Counted from the first letter of the stretch, positions 1 through 9,971 are shown. The stretch: DNA of 22,996 bases from a bacterium (GCA_044869275.1 JBIOXB010000152.1:1-22996), one strand, 5' to 3'. Numbers and translations are program-made. The notes: a model not told the origin generated them from the letters alone.

Positions 1-2
1 TC

Positions 3-1325
3 AGCTGGAATTTCTTTTTCATCCCGCCGCTTTTCACTTTTCAAATACACGAATTTCCCGATGCGTTGCTGGTCGGCATGTACTTTATCATTGCGCTGGT
101 GGGCGGCACGCTGACTGCCCGCGTGCGTGCGCGCGAAACGGCGGTGCGGCGGCGCGAAGAGCAAGCCGTGGCGCTCTATAATCTGGCCAAAGAAATCAAC
201 AACGCGAAATCATTGGATGATATTATGCGCGCGGCCGAGCGTGAAATTGGCAGAACCTTCAACAGTCTCGTGGGTTGCTTTCTGCCCCTGGAAACGGGCA
301 GGCTTTCAACCACCTCGCATCCAGCCAACACGTTCTCGCCCAAATCGGAGAAGGAATGGAGCGTGGCGTTGTGGAGCTTTCAGAATCGCAAGCCCGCGGG
401 CCGCGGCACCAACACTTTGCCTTTTGCCGAAGCGGTTTATTACCCGCTGCTGACGAACGATGGCATTGCCGGCGTCATCGGCATTGCCTCATTTTGGAAG
501 CGGCCTTTTACCATCGAGGAAGAAGGCTTGCTGCAAACCTTTCTGCACCAAATTGCGATCGCGTTCGAGCGCGAAATGCTGCGTACAGGCGCGGAGCAGG
601 CACAATTGTTGGCGGCCTCCGAGCGCTTGTACAAAACTCTGCTCAATTCCATCTCGCACGAATTGCGCACGCCACTCGCGGCGATCACCGGCGCTTCCAC
701 CAGTTTATTGGAGAGTAAAACCGCTGAAAACGGCGAAATGCGCACACTTTTGATCGGCGATATTTTCATCTCCGCGCAGCGCTTGAATCGCCTGGTGAAA
801 AATCTGCTCGATATGACACGCTTGGAAGCGGGCATGCTCAAGCTGAATTGGGAATGGTGCGACGCCAACGATTTGGTACACGTGGTTGTGCGGCAGCTCG
901 CAAAGGAGCTGGCCGGGCATCGCGTGCAGTTGCAACTTGCGCCGGATTTGCCCTTGGTGCGCATGGATTTCGTTTTGATGGAGCAGGCGCTTGCCAACCT
1001 CCTGCTCAATGCGGCGCAGCACACGCCCGAGGGAACCAACATCACGGTGCGCACCGCGGTCGCCGATCAGGGGCTGGCTTTTGTCATTGAGGACGAGGGC
1101 CCGGGATTTCCACCGCATGCGCTCGAGCACATTTTCGAAAAGTTCTATCGCCTGCCCAAGACCAAGACCGGGGGCACCGGGCTGGGGCTTTCCATTGCGC
1201 GTGGTTTCGTCGAAGCACACGGCGGCACCATCGTGGCGGAAAATCGCTTCGACAAAGGTGCGCGTTTCATCATACGATTGCCCGTGAGCGCTGCACCTCC
1301 TACACCCGAAGAGATGAAAACATGA
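3..1325 (+). CDS. kdpD: Osmosensitive K+ sensor histidine kinase KdpD, C-terminal part (5'-truncated by the window edge)
   Basis: The frame is open from position 3 (SWNFFFIPPLFTF, typical of the KdpD DUF4118 TM region). It continues through a GAF-like region with PAGRGTNTLP, H-box SISHELRTPL, N-box ANLLLNAAQH, G1 DEGPG, F-box IFEKFYR and G2 GTGLGL. The stop overlaps the kdpE start (ATGA at 1322-1325). Confidence 0.93.
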   Translation, partial: SWNFFFIPPLFTFQIHEFPDALLVGMYFIIALVGGTLTARVRARETAVRRREEQAVALYNLAKEINNAKSLDDIMRAAEREIGRTFNSLVGCFLPLETGRLSTTSHPANTFSPKSEKEWSVALWSFQNRKPAGRGTNTLPFAEAVYYPLLTNDGIAGVIGIASFWKRPFTIEEEGLLQTFLHQIAIAFEREMLRTGAEQAQLLAASERLYKTLLNSISHELRTPLAAITGASTSLLESKTAENGEMRTLLIGDIFISAQRLNRLVKNLLDMTRLEAGMLKLNWEWCDANDLVHVVVRQLAKELAGHRVQLQLAPDLPLVRMDFVLMEQALANLLLNAAQHTPEGTNITVRTAVADQGLAFVIEDEGPGFPPHALEHIFEKFYRLPKTKTGGTGLGLSIARGFVEAHGGTIVAENRFDKGARFIIRLPVSAAPPTPEEMKT

Positions 1326-2023
1326 CGCCGCCGGTGATTTTGATTATCGATGACGAGGTGCAAATCCGGCGCTTTTTGCGCGTGAGCCTGGAAGCCACCG
1401 GTTATCGCATCGTCGAAGCGGCCACGGGAGAAGATGGGGTCGTGCAAGCTGCCATGTCACACCCGAATGTCGTGATTCTCGACCTGGGCTTGCCGGATAT
1501 GAACGGACTGGAGGTGCTGGCAAAAATTCGGGAATGGAGCACAGTGCCGGTGATCGTCTTGTCCGTGCAGGATGCCGAGCATGAAAAAATCGCGGCGCTG
1601 GATGCCGGTGCCGATGATTATGTCACCAAGCCGTTCAGCATGGGAGAATTGCTGGCGCGCCTGCGCGTGACGGCGCGGCACGCGCAACCCATGCAGGAAT
1701 CTTCGGAGTTTCGCAACGGCCATCTTTTTGTGGATTTCTTGCATCGTGTGGTGATGGCAAATGAGGAAACCGTGAAGCTGACCGCGACGGAGTACAACTT
1801 GCTTTTGCTGTTCATCAAGCACGCCGGCAAAGTTTTGACCCACCGGCAGATTCTTAGGGAAGTCTGGGGGCCGCAGATGATCGAGCAGACGCAGTATCTG
1901 CGCGTTTATCTGGCGCAATTGCGCAAGAAATTGGAGCTTGATCCCACCCAGCCGCGGCTTTTTCTCACCGAGTCCGGCGTGGGCTATCGCATGGTATTGC
2001 TGGAGGAGGCCGCGGACGGCTAG
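1322..2023 (+). CDS. kdpE: OmpR-family response regulator KdpE
   Basis: Receiver domain (IDDE, ILDLGLPD, DYVTKPF) plus winged-helix domain (LTATEY, GKVLTHRQILREVWG, YLRVYLAQLRKKLE, TESGVGYR). Translationally coupled to kdpD. Confidence 0.93.
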   Translation: MTPPVILIIDDEVQIRRFLRVSLEATGYRIVEAATGEDGVVQAAMSHPNVVILDLGLPDMNGLEVLAKIREWSTVPVIVLSVQDAEHEKIAALDAGADDYVTKPFSMGELLARLRVTARHAQPMQESSEFRNGHLFVDFLHRVVMANEETVKLTATEYNLLLLFIKHAGKVLTHRQILREVWGPQMIEQTQYLRVYLAQLRKKLELDPTQPRLFLTESGVGYRMVLLEEAADG

Positions 2024-2153
2024 CCCGCTGAGCAACTGCGAACTGTCTTATCTGCTTTATTCTATCCCCCACCCTCACACCTCCCTGGCCTTCTGCAAAG
2101 GAAGTAGCTGAAGACTTTGAACACTGCAAACCCTTACAAACAGACCAAGTTTT

Positions 2154-2222
2154 TCGCCCACGGAAATCGAATGGCATCGAACTCAAGAAATACTTCCGTG
2201 GTGGTTCTAATTCCGTGGGCGA
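2154..2222. repeat. Intergenic inverted repeat (12-bp perfect stem) with a second copy of the 3' arm core
   Basis: TCGCCCACGGAA (2154-2165) is the reverse complement of TTCCGTGGGCGA (2211-2222). TTCCGTGG also occurs at 2194-2201. Confidence 0.7.
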
Positions 2223-2439
2223 TTTTTCTCGTCGGCTTGAGTCGAAGCTTCGCTGGAACTTTGCAGCTTACTCAATCCGAGCTTTAATGCCGGTTCGCCT
2301 CCTATCTGTTCGCAGGCGAACACCTCGTGTCCTGCTTGCGGATACCATGAACTTCAAAAACCTACAGAACTCTTGCGCCAAATGATGAAAAAACAGAGGT
2401 GGTATGGTTGTTGTTTTTAAAACATTGGCGTATTGTGCC

Positions 2440-2471
2440 ATTGACTTGCGCAGAAAAATCTGCTTCAAGTT
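2440..2471 (+). promoter_or_regulatory. Putative promoter/operator for the permease array (ATTGACT-N19-CAAGTT, containing an imperfect palindrome)
   Basis: A -35-like TTGACT at 2441-2446 and CAAGTT at 2466-2471. Internal dyads are ACTTG/CAAGT and GCAGA/TCTGC. The same spacing occurs upstream of the FecR-like gene. Confidence 0.4.
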
Positions 2472-2512
2472 ACTGCTTCTCGTCATGATACGATTTCCGG
2501 ATGCCCTGCCTT

Positions 2513-4885
2513 ATGTTCAAAAACTATCTCAAAATCGCTCTGCGCAATTTGTGGAAGCAGAAAGTTTATTCTGCCATCAATGTGCTTGGCCTGGCCGTGG
2601 GTATGGCGGCTTGCTTGTTGATTTATCTCTTCATCGCCTATGAGCGCGGCTTCGACCGCTTCCACAAAAAGGGCGAAAGCATATGCCGGCTGAACGAAGT
2701 GCAGAGTTTTGCGGGCATCACCCCGCAGCACGTGGCGCTTTCCATGTATCCCATGGGCCCAGCGCTCAAAGCGGAATATCCCGAGATCGTCGATTACGTG
2801 CGCTTCGTCGGCGGTGGAACCGTGTTGGAAAATAAGCCCAAGCAAATCATCGTCAAGAAAACTTTTTGGACGGATCCGGCGTTTTTCTCGATTTTTGATT
2901 TCGAGCTGCGCTACGGCGATCGCGCCACCGCGCTCCAGGAGCCGAACAGCGCCGTCCTCACCGCAGCAACAGCGCAAAAGCTTTTTGGCACGGAAGAGGT
3001 GATCGGGAAAGCGTTGAGCGAAGGCGACAGGCAGTTCAAAATTACCGGCGTCTTGAAAAACCTTCCCTCCAATTCCCACCTGCAATTCGATGCGCTGTTT
3101 TCTCTGAACACCATAGAGAAAGACGATATGCGCAGCAACTGGGGCTCGAATTGGCTGGTCACTTACCTTTTGCTGGCACCAGGGACGAACACCGATAAGC
3201 TCCAACAGGCCTTTCCGCAATTTCTCGAAAAACACATGGGTGAGGGGAAAAAACTTTACCAGCTGTATCTGCAGCCGCTCCGCGAGCTGCATCTGGGCTC
3301 GATGCACGTCACGCACGATTACAACAATTGGCAAAAGTTCAACGGCAAATATATTCTGATATTTTCTGTGCTGGCCATTTTTGTGCTCATCATTGCCGCC
3401 ATCAATTTCATGAACTTGTCAACGGCCCGCTCTTCCAGCCGATCGAAGGAGGTGGGTGTAAGAAAATCTGTGGGCGCGCACCACCTGCAACTGGCGCGGC
3501 AGTTCCTTGGTGAATCGATCATGCTGGCTTTCATCGCCCTGGTTTTCGCCGTGATCATCTGCGAATTGGCCCTGCCTTTGTTGAACACGATCAGCGAGCG
3601 CCCTCTGGAGCTGCGCTGGTTCGACCGGCCCGTGCTGGTGCTCGGCGTGCTCGGCTTCACGTTTCTGCTGGGCCTCGTTTCCGGGCTTTACCCCGCCCTG
3701 TTCATCTCCTCATTTCAACCGGTCGAAGTTTTGAAAGAAAGAACGCCGGGGCGCGGTCGCAAAGCCACCTTACGCAACGTTTTAGTGGTGACGCAATTCG
3801 CCATTGCGATCGCGCTGATCGTGGGCACCACTCTGACCGTCCGGCAATTCAATTTCATGATGAATCGTGATCCGGGTTTCCAACGTAATCAGATCGTCAT
3901 TATCGAAATGAATGCCACCAGCAACAAAAAATACGCACTCTTGCAGCAAGAATTTCTGAGCCATGCCGCCATCCTCGCCGTCACCGCCTCGGGACAACGC
4001 CTGGGCAATAATATTCACCAACACAGCGCGCGCGCCACAGGTGACAGCGCCGAGATCACCCTCTCTCCTTCCCATCTGCACGTCGACCGGAATTTCGTCG
4101 AGTTCTACGGCCTGAAAATTCTCGCGGGCCGCTCGTTTTCTGAAAAAATTCCCACGGATAAACGCTGGGCCTACATTCTCAATGAATCCCTGGTCAAAGA
4201 ACTGGGCTGGAAGGAGCCGCTCGGCAAAAAGTTCGGCGTGAGTTGGGAAGACACCTTGGGGACGGTCATTGGTGTGGTCAAAGATTTCAACTTCAACTCA
4301 CTCCATCACCAAATCCAACCGCTCTATCTCAGCAGCCAGAATTGGGGGTATGATGAAATGTCAGTCAAGATCAACCCCAAAGATATCAGCGCCGCCCTCC
4401 GTCATTTGGAGAAAAAATGGAACGAACTCGTGCCGGACCGGCCTTTCCAATACCTGTTTCTCGATCAGCATTTCGCCACGCTTTATCTCTCCGACAAACA
4501 AGTGAGCCAAATCGTAGGGATGATTGCCGTTCTCGCCATCTTCACGGCCTGTCTCGGCTTGTACGGCTTGGCCTGCATCACCACGGAACAGCGGACCAAA
4601 GAAGTCGGCGTTCGCAAAGTACTAGGTGCCTCTGTGAGCAGTGTGATCGTCCTGCTCGCTAGAAATTTTGCCCGGCTGGTAGTGGTCGCTTTTTTCATTT
4701 CCGTGCCCGTGAGCTATTTTATCATGAAGAGTTGGCTGCAGAATTTTGTGTATCGCGTCGAGCTCAGTGGGTGGGTCTTTGTGTTGGCGGGCGGATCGGC
4801 ATTGGTGATTGCGCTGGTGACGGTAAGCACGCAAGCCCTCAAAGCCGCGGTGGCGAATCCGATTGAAGCACTGCGTTACGAATAG
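2513..4885 (+). CDS. ABC transporter permease, MacB/FtsX-like duplicated type (paralog 1)
   Basis: Starts MFKNYLKIALRN (ATG 2513 preferred to 2501 by comparison with the paralogs). Motifs include INFMNLSTARS..RSKEVGVRK.VGA, GLYPA, IGVVKDFNF.SLH and EQRTKEVGVRKVLGAS. Ends NPIEALRYE. Confidence 0.92.
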   Translation: MFKNYLKIALRNLWKQKVYSAINVLGLAVGMAACLLIYLFIAYERGFDRFHKKGESICRLNEVQSFAGITPQHVALSMYPMGPALKAEYPEIVDYVRFVGGGTVLENKPKQIIVKKTFWTDPAFFSIFDFELRYGDRATALQEPNSAVLTAATAQKLFGTEEVIGKALSEGDRQFKITGVLKNLPSNSHLQFDALFSLNTIEKDDMRSNWGSNWLVTYLLLAPGTNTDKLQQAFPQFLEKHMGEGKKLYQLYLQPLRELHLGSMHVTHDYNNWQKFNGKYILIFSVLAIFVLIIAAINFMNLSTARSSSRSKEVGVRKSVGAHHLQLARQFLGESIMLAFIALVFAVIICELALPLLNTISERPLELRWFDRPVLVLGVLGFTFLLGLVSGLYPALFISSFQPVEVLKERTPGRGRKATLRNVLVVTQFAIAIALIVGTTLTVRQFNFMMNRDPGFQRNQIVIIEMNATSNKKYALLQQEFLSHAAILAVTASGQRLGNNIHQHSARATGDSAEITLSPSHLHVDRNFVEFYGLKILAGRSFSEKIPTDKRWAYILNESLVKELGWKEPLGKKFGVSWEDTLGTVIGVVKDFNFNSLHHQIQPLYLSSQNWGYDEMSVKINPKDISAALRHLEKKWNELVPDRPFQYLFLDQHFATLYLSDKQVSQIVGMIAVLAIFTACLGLYGLACITTEQRTKEVGVRKVLGASVSSVIVLLARNFARLVVVAFFISVPVSYFIMKSWLQNFVYRVELSGWVFVLAGGSALVIALVTVSTQALKAAVANPIEALRYE

Positions 4886-4954
4886 CGGAGGGCGGAGGGC
4901 ATAGCGCAGAGCGCTTAGCGCATGGCTCTCGGCTCTATGCCCTCTGCCCTCTGC
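4885..4954. repeat. Heptamer-repeat hairpin between permeases 1 and 2
   Basis: Left units are GCGGAGG GCGGAGG GCATAGC GCAGAGC GCTTAGC GCATGGC; right units are GCTCTAT GCCCTCT GCCCTCT GC. Arms 4885-4907 and 4932-4954 pair over 23 nt with two G-U pairs and one mismatch. The stem ends immediately before the SD AAGGAG (4955-4960). Confidence 0.85.
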
Positions 4955-4966
4955 AAGGAGACCAGC

Positions 4967-7366
4967 ATGTTCAAACACCATCTACTCATTGCGCTGCGCA
5001 CGATTTTGAAACACAAGTTCTTTTCGTTGATCAATCTTTTCGGCTTGGCGGTGGGCATTGCCTGCTTCACGGTCATCATGCTTTACATCCAGGACGAGCT
5101 GGCGTATGACAGATTCCACACCGGCGCGGACAGGATCTTTCGCGTCGTCAAAGATTTCGTGAACGACGACGGCTCCAAGACACCGGATGCCACCACGCCT
5201 CCCGCCCTGATGCCGGCGTTGCGGCGCGAGATTCCTGAAATCGAGCAGGCCGTGCGCATTTTTCCTTCCTGGGGCTACAAGCCGTTGTTGACCTACGGCG
5301 AAAAGACTTTTTATGAAGAGAGTTTTCTGCGAGTGGACAGCACGTTTTTTGAGGTATTCACATTTCCCTTTGTGCGGGGCGAAGCGAAATCGGCTTTTGC
5401 ACAACCGTTGTCGATCGTGCTCACGGAGAGTCTGGCGCGAAAGTATTTTGGAAATGAAGATCCCATGGGCAAAACGCTGATCTTTGATCAGGGCCATCCT
5501 CTGCAAGTCAGCGGGATTCTCAAGGAGGTGCCGGCGCAGTCGCATTTCAAATTCGATTTTTTGATTCCCCTGCGCTCTTTGAGCAGAAACTTTCAGGGCA
5601 ACTATCAAATGGACGGCGAATGGGGCTGGTATAATTTCTATACCTACATCAAGACTCGTCCGAACACGGCGATCGCCGCGATCGAGCCGAAAATCAAAGC
5701 CGTGTTCAAAGCGCATCAACCGGAGAACGACAATATATATTACACCCAGCCGCTGGCCGGCCGTAATGGCATCCATCTCGCTTCGCAGCTCAAGTGGGAG
5801 CTCCAACCCAACAGTGACCGGCTCTACATTTACGTCTTTTTAACCATCGCGCTTTTTGTCATTTGTATTGCCGGGATCAATTACATCAATTTGACCACGG
5901 CGAAATCATCCCTGCGCGCAAAGGAAGTCGGCTTGCGCAAAGTCGTGGGCGCGGTTCGCCGCACTTTGGTGGCGCAATTCTTATCGGAATCCGTACTGCT
6001 GGCGGCTTTGGCCACAGTGGTGGCGATCGGTTTGTGTGAAATTGCGCTGCCTTTTTTCAATACGCTCACCCAGAAACATCTGTCGCTCTTTTCCGCCGCC
6101 AGCCGCCCGCTCTGGGGGCTCATCATGATTGTGACCCTCGCGCTGGGCATTGTCGCCGGTTTGTATCCGGCGCTTTATCTTTCCTCGTTCAAACCGGTTT
6201 CGGTCCTGAAGAAACTGCGCACGGCGGGAAAGTCATGGTTCGATTTGCGAAAAACATTGGTGGTGTTTCAATTCGGACTGTCCGTGATTTTGATTGCGGG
6301 TGTGCTGGTGATTCAGCGGCAAATGGACTTCATCCAATCGGCAAAACTGGGCTTTGACCAAGATCAAGTGATCGTCATTCGCAACGCCGGGGCCTTGCCC
6401 AATCGCGGCGAGGCGGTGCGTGCGGCCCTGGCGCAAATTCACGGCGTGAAAAACGTCGCGACATGCGACGGCATGATCGGCGGCCAGAACTGGACGAACG
6501 ACGTGCGGGTGAAAGGTTCGGACAACGGCCAATTGCTCAACTTTCTGAGCGTGGGTTATGATTTCAGCGAAGCGTTGGGCCTCGAATTAAGAGAAGGCCG
6601 CGACTTTTCACCGGAATTTCCGGCTGATACGCTCGATGCGATTATCCTGAATGAGACCGCAGTCAAACAGCTCGGCGTGCCTGCGCCGGTGCTGGGGCAG
6701 CAACTCGTGTGGTCGGAGGAACAGGATACCACGTACTATGTGAAAGTCATCGGCGTGCTGAAGGATTTTCACTTCACCTCGCTGCGGCAGGAAATCAGGC
6801 CTTTTGCATTTGTGATTACCCCGTCGCGCACCTGGTTGTTTGCCCTCAAGATGTCGGGGCAGAATTCCCGCCAAACCCTGGCGCAGATCGAATCGACCTG
6901 GGCGAGCCTGGTGCCCGATCGCCCGTTCGACTATTATTTCTTGGATGAAAGCCTCGACAAGCTTTATCGCTCCGAGCAAAATTTTCGCGCCATCTTTTCC
7001 ACGATGACGCTGCTGAGCTTGGTCATCGCCTGCCTGGGTTTGTTTGGCTTGGCGGCTTTCACCGCCGAACAGCGCACCAAAGAAATCGGCATCCGCAAAG
7101 TCCTGGGCGCTTCCGTTTCCGGCCTGGTGGGCTTGCTCTCGCAAGATTTTGTCCAGCTGGTGCTGATCGCCAGTCTGATCGCTTGTCCCCTCGCGTGGTA
7201 TGCGATGAAGCAATGGCTGCAAAGCTTTGCCTATCGCATCGATATGGGCTGGTGGATTTTCGTGCTTGCGAGCGCGATCGCCTTGCTCATCGCATTATTA
7301 ACCGTGAGCACACAGGCAATCAAAGCCGCGCTGGCGAATCCGGTGGAGGCGTTACGATATGAATAG
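4967..7366 (+). CDS. ABC transporter permease, MacB/FtsX-like duplicated type (paralog 2)
   Basis: SD AAGGAG at 4955-4960, then ATG 4967 (MFKHHLLIALR). Same family motifs (INYINLTTAKS..RAKEVGLRKVVGA, LGFDQDQV, EQRTKEIGIRKVLGAS). Ends NPVEALRYE. Confidence 0.92.
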   Translation: MFKHHLLIALRTILKHKFFSLINLFGLAVGIACFTVIMLYIQDELAYDRFHTGADRIFRVVKDFVNDDGSKTPDATTPPALMPALRREIPEIEQAVRIFPSWGYKPLLTYGEKTFYEESFLRVDSTFFEVFTFPFVRGEAKSAFAQPLSIVLTESLARKYFGNEDPMGKTLIFDQGHPLQVSGILKEVPAQSHFKFDFLIPLRSLSRNFQGNYQMDGEWGWYNFYTYIKTRPNTAIAAIEPKIKAVFKAHQPENDNIYYTQPLAGRNGIHLASQLKWELQPNSDRLYIYVFLTIALFVICIAGINYINLTTAKSSLRAKEVGLRKVVGAVRRTLVAQFLSESVLLAALATVVAIGLCEIALPFFNTLTQKHLSLFSAASRPLWGLIMIVTLALGIVAGLYPALYLSSFKPVSVLKKLRTAGKSWFDLRKTLVVFQFGLSVILIAGVLVIQRQMDFIQSAKLGFDQDQVIVIRNAGALPNRGEAVRAALAQIHGVKNVATCDGMIGGQNWTNDVRVKGSDNGQLLNFLSVGYDFSEALGLELREGRDFSPEFPADTLDAIILNETAVKQLGVPAPVLGQQLVWSEEQDTTYYVKVIGVLKDFHFTSLRQEIRPFAFVITPSRTWLFALKMSGQNSRQTLAQIESTWASLVPDRPFDYYFLDESLDKLYRSEQNFRAIFSTMTLLSLVIACLGLFGLAAFTAEQRTKEIGIRKVLGASVSGLVGLLSQDFVQLVLIASLIACPLAWYAMKQWLQSFAYRIDMGWWIFVLASAIALLIALLTVSTQAIKAALANPVEALRYE

Positions 7367-7437
7367 CAAGGCGCAGAGCGCATAGATCATGGCGCATGGC
7401 GTAAAGCACGCTATGCTCTATGCGCTTTGCCCTCTGC
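7366..7437. repeat. Heptamer-repeat hairpin between permeases 2 and 3
   Basis: Left units are GCAAGGC GCAGAGC GCATAGA TCATGGC GCATGGC; right units are CGCTAT GCTCTAT GCGCTTT GCCCTCT GC. Arms 7366-7394 and 7409-7437 pair at about 26 of 29 positions, counting G-U. It is followed by the same AAGGAGACCA.CATGTTCAAA junction as the first hairpin. Confidence 0.85.
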
Positions 7438-7449
7438 AAGGAGACCACC

Positions 7450-9870
7450 ATGTTCAAAAACTACCTCAAAATCGCCCTGCGCAATATTTTGAAGCACAAA
7501 TCCTATTCCTTCATCAACATCTTCGGCCTGGCCGTGGGCATGGCGAGCGGCATTTTAATCTTGCTGTACGTCCACGATGAGCTGAGCTATGATCAATACC
7601 ACGAAAAAGCCGATCAAATCTATCGCGTCACACGCGAGTGGTTCAATTCGGACGGCTCTTCGAGTTTGCATCTTGGCCACGTCGCGCCACCAATCGGGCC
7701 GCTGCTCAAGAATGATTTTTCCGACCTGCTGCACGTCGTGAGAATCACTTCCGGCGGTAATTCTTTGTTGCGCTATCAAGACAAAGTCTTCCAAGAAAAC
7801 CGCCTTTATTTTGCTGATGCCGATATTTTCGAGGTCTTCACCTTGCCTCTCATCAATGGCGATCCGAAAGCGGCTTTGGTTGATCCAAACGGAGTCGTGA
7901 TCACGCCGGCGATGGCAAAAAAGTATTTTGGCAGTGAGGACCCCATGGGGAAAGTCCTGAATATCGACGGGGACGCCGATTTGAAGGTCACGGGCATCAT
8001 GGCGGAGACTCCCACGAACTCGCATTTTCATTTTGACTTTCTCGGTTCGATGAAGCTGCTGGAGCAATTCTTCGGCGCGCAGGAGTTCAAGAATTGGGGT
8101 AGCAACAATTACGCGACTTATTTGCTTTTTCCGAACAATTATCCGATCGACAATTTCAACAAGGCAATTCCGGCGTTCATTGGCCGCCACCATCCTGATG
8201 GAGAAAAAGCGATTCCCAAAACGACTTTGCATTTACAACGCTTGACCGATATTCATCTGCATTCGCAGCTCGACTCCGAAATCGAACCCAACGGCAACAT
8301 CACGTACGTCTACATTTTTTCGGCCATCGCCCTGTTTCTGTTGTTGATCGCATGCATCAATTTCATGAATCTGGCGACCGCGCGCTCTGCCAATCGTGCC
8401 AAGGAAGTCGGCTTGCGCAAAGTGGTGGGAGCGCAGCGCCAGCAATTGATCAAACAGTTTCTCGGTGAAACCGTCGTCATGGCACTGATTGCCCTTTTTC
8501 TGGCGATGGTGTTCGTCGAGATTTTCCTGCCCAGGTTCAACGCCTTCGCAGGCAAGGAGCTGGCGCTGCTGTCGCAAAGCATGTGGTTCATACTCGCCAG
8601 CTTGCTGGGCATCGCGGTGTTCGTTGGCATCGTGGCCGGCAGTTATCCCGCCTTCTTTCTGTCGCATTTTCAACCCGTCGCCGTGTTGAAAGGACAAAAA
8701 ATCGGCGCCAAGAAGTCGCGCTTCCGAAGCACACTCGTTGTTTTTCAATTTGCGATTTCGATCATGCTGATCATCGGCATGGGGGTCGTGTACAATCAAC
8801 TGGAATATTGCCGCACAAAGAATTTGGGCTTGAACAAAGAGCACCTTGTCGTTCTACCCGTGGAGCAGGGTCAAGAAATCGCGCGGCGATATCCGGATCT
8901 CCGCAACCAACTTCTACAGCATCCTCACATCGCTGGTGTTGCCGCCTCCAAGCGCGTGCCCTCCGGCCGCTTGCTGGATTCGTCCGAAGGCAGCGTCCCT
9001 GAAGGCGATAAATACGAGAAACTGGATTTCCGTGTTGCCAACATTCGCGTCGATCACAGCTTCATCGAGACCTACGGCATGCAATTGGCGGCAGGCCGAA
9101 ATTTCTCCGTTGCTTTTCCGACGGACTCGACCGAGGCCTTTCTCTTGAATGAAACTGCGGTGAAGAAAATCGGATGGGCCTCGCCGGACGCCGCCATCGG
9201 CAAAGCATTTCAATACGGCGGGCGTACAGGCCGGATTATTGGCGTGGTCAAAGATTTCAATTACGAATCATTGCATCAACCCATCACTCCCATTGTCATG
9301 TACATCGTACCGCAGAGTTTCAATAGTATTTCCGTCAAAATTCGACTGGACCGGCCGGACGACATGCCCGCGACGCTGGAATTTCTCAAACAAAAGTGGC
9401 AGGAGCTTCGCCCCAATTTTCCGTTTCAATACTCCTTCATTGACGAGCGCTACGAACAGCTCTATCAAAGCGAGCATCGCCTTGGCCAGATTTTCGGCAC
9501 GTTCTCATTGCTCGCGGTTTTCATCGCTTGTCTTGGGTTGTTCGGATTAGCTTCTTACACGGCGGAACAACGCACGAAAGAGATCGGCATCCGCAAGGTA
9601 TTGGGAGCGTCTGTGAGCAATATCGCTTTGCTGTTTTCCAAAGAATTTACGCGGTTGGTGATCGTTGCCACGTTGGCGGCCTGGCCCATTGCTTACTACG
9701 CCATGCACCGCTGGCTACAGGAATTTGCGTATCGCATCAACCTCAATCACCAAAGTGCGACTTTCCTGCTGGCGGCAATGCTTGCCTTCGCCATTGCGCT
9801 GCTCACGGTCAGCTTTCAATCTCTCAAAGCGGCGCTTGGAAATCCGATCAAAGCGTTGCGCTACGAGTGA
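7450..9870 (+). CDS. ABC transporter permease, MacB/FtsX-like duplicated type (paralog 3)
   Basis: SD AAGGAG at 7438-7443, then ATG 7450 (MFKNYLKIALRNILK). Motifs include INFMNLATARSANRAKEVGLRKVVGA, GSYPAF and EQRTKEIGIRKVLGAS. Ends NPIKALRYE. Confidence 0.92.
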   Translation: MFKNYLKIALRNILKHKSYSFINIFGLAVGMASGILILLYVHDELSYDQYHEKADQIYRVTREWFNSDGSSSLHLGHVAPPIGPLLKNDFSDLLHVVRITSGGNSLLRYQDKVFQENRLYFADADIFEVFTLPLINGDPKAALVDPNGVVITPAMAKKYFGSEDPMGKVLNIDGDADLKVTGIMAETPTNSHFHFDFLGSMKLLEQFFGAQEFKNWGSNNYATYLLFPNNYPIDNFNKAIPAFIGRHHPDGEKAIPKTTLHLQRLTDIHLHSQLDSEIEPNGNITYVYIFSAIALFLLLIACINFMNLATARSANRAKEVGLRKVVGAQRQQLIKQFLGETVVMALIALFLAMVFVEIFLPRFNAFAGKELALLSQSMWFILASLLGIAVFVGIVAGSYPAFFLSHFQPVAVLKGQKIGAKKSRFRSTLVVFQFAISIMLIIGMGVVYNQLEYCRTKNLGLNKEHLVVLPVEQGQEIARRYPDLRNQLLQHPHIAGVAASKRVPSGRLLDSSEGSVPEGDKYEKLDFRVANIRVDHSFIETYGMQLAAGRNFSVAFPTDSTEAFLLNETAVKKIGWASPDAAIGKAFQYGGRTGRIIGVVKDFNYESLHQPITPIVMYIVPQSFNSISVKIRLDRPDDMPATLEFLKQKWQELRPNFPFQYSFIDERYEQLYQSEHRLGQIFGTFSLLAVFIACLGLFGLASYTAEQRTKEIGIRKVLGASVSNIALLFSKEFTRLVIVATLAAWPIAYYAMHRWLQEFAYRINLNHQSATFLLAAMLAFAIALLTVSFQSLKAALGNPIKALRYE

Positions 9871-9971
9871 GCGGAGCGCAAAACTCAATTCTTTTTTGTT
9901 TGACAGGGGCGTAGGAAGAACTGCTTAACAAATTCTTGTGTAACCATTAAAGATAGACATGAGGCTGGTAA

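Noticed and set aside
2024..2440. c-di-AMP (ydaO) or other known riboswitch linked to kdp
   Set aside because: Only a GCTGAA hexamer resembles the motif. The rest of the consensus is not recognisable, and the region lies downstream of kdpDE.
1322..2512. KdpE directly regulating the permease array
   Set aside because: No recognisable KdpE-type binding site was found, and adjacency alone is insufficient.
9900..9935. Third copy of the TTGAC-N19-CAAGTT motif
   Set aside because: TTGACA is present, but the nearest similar hexamer (CAAATT) is 23 nt away, so the spacing does not match.
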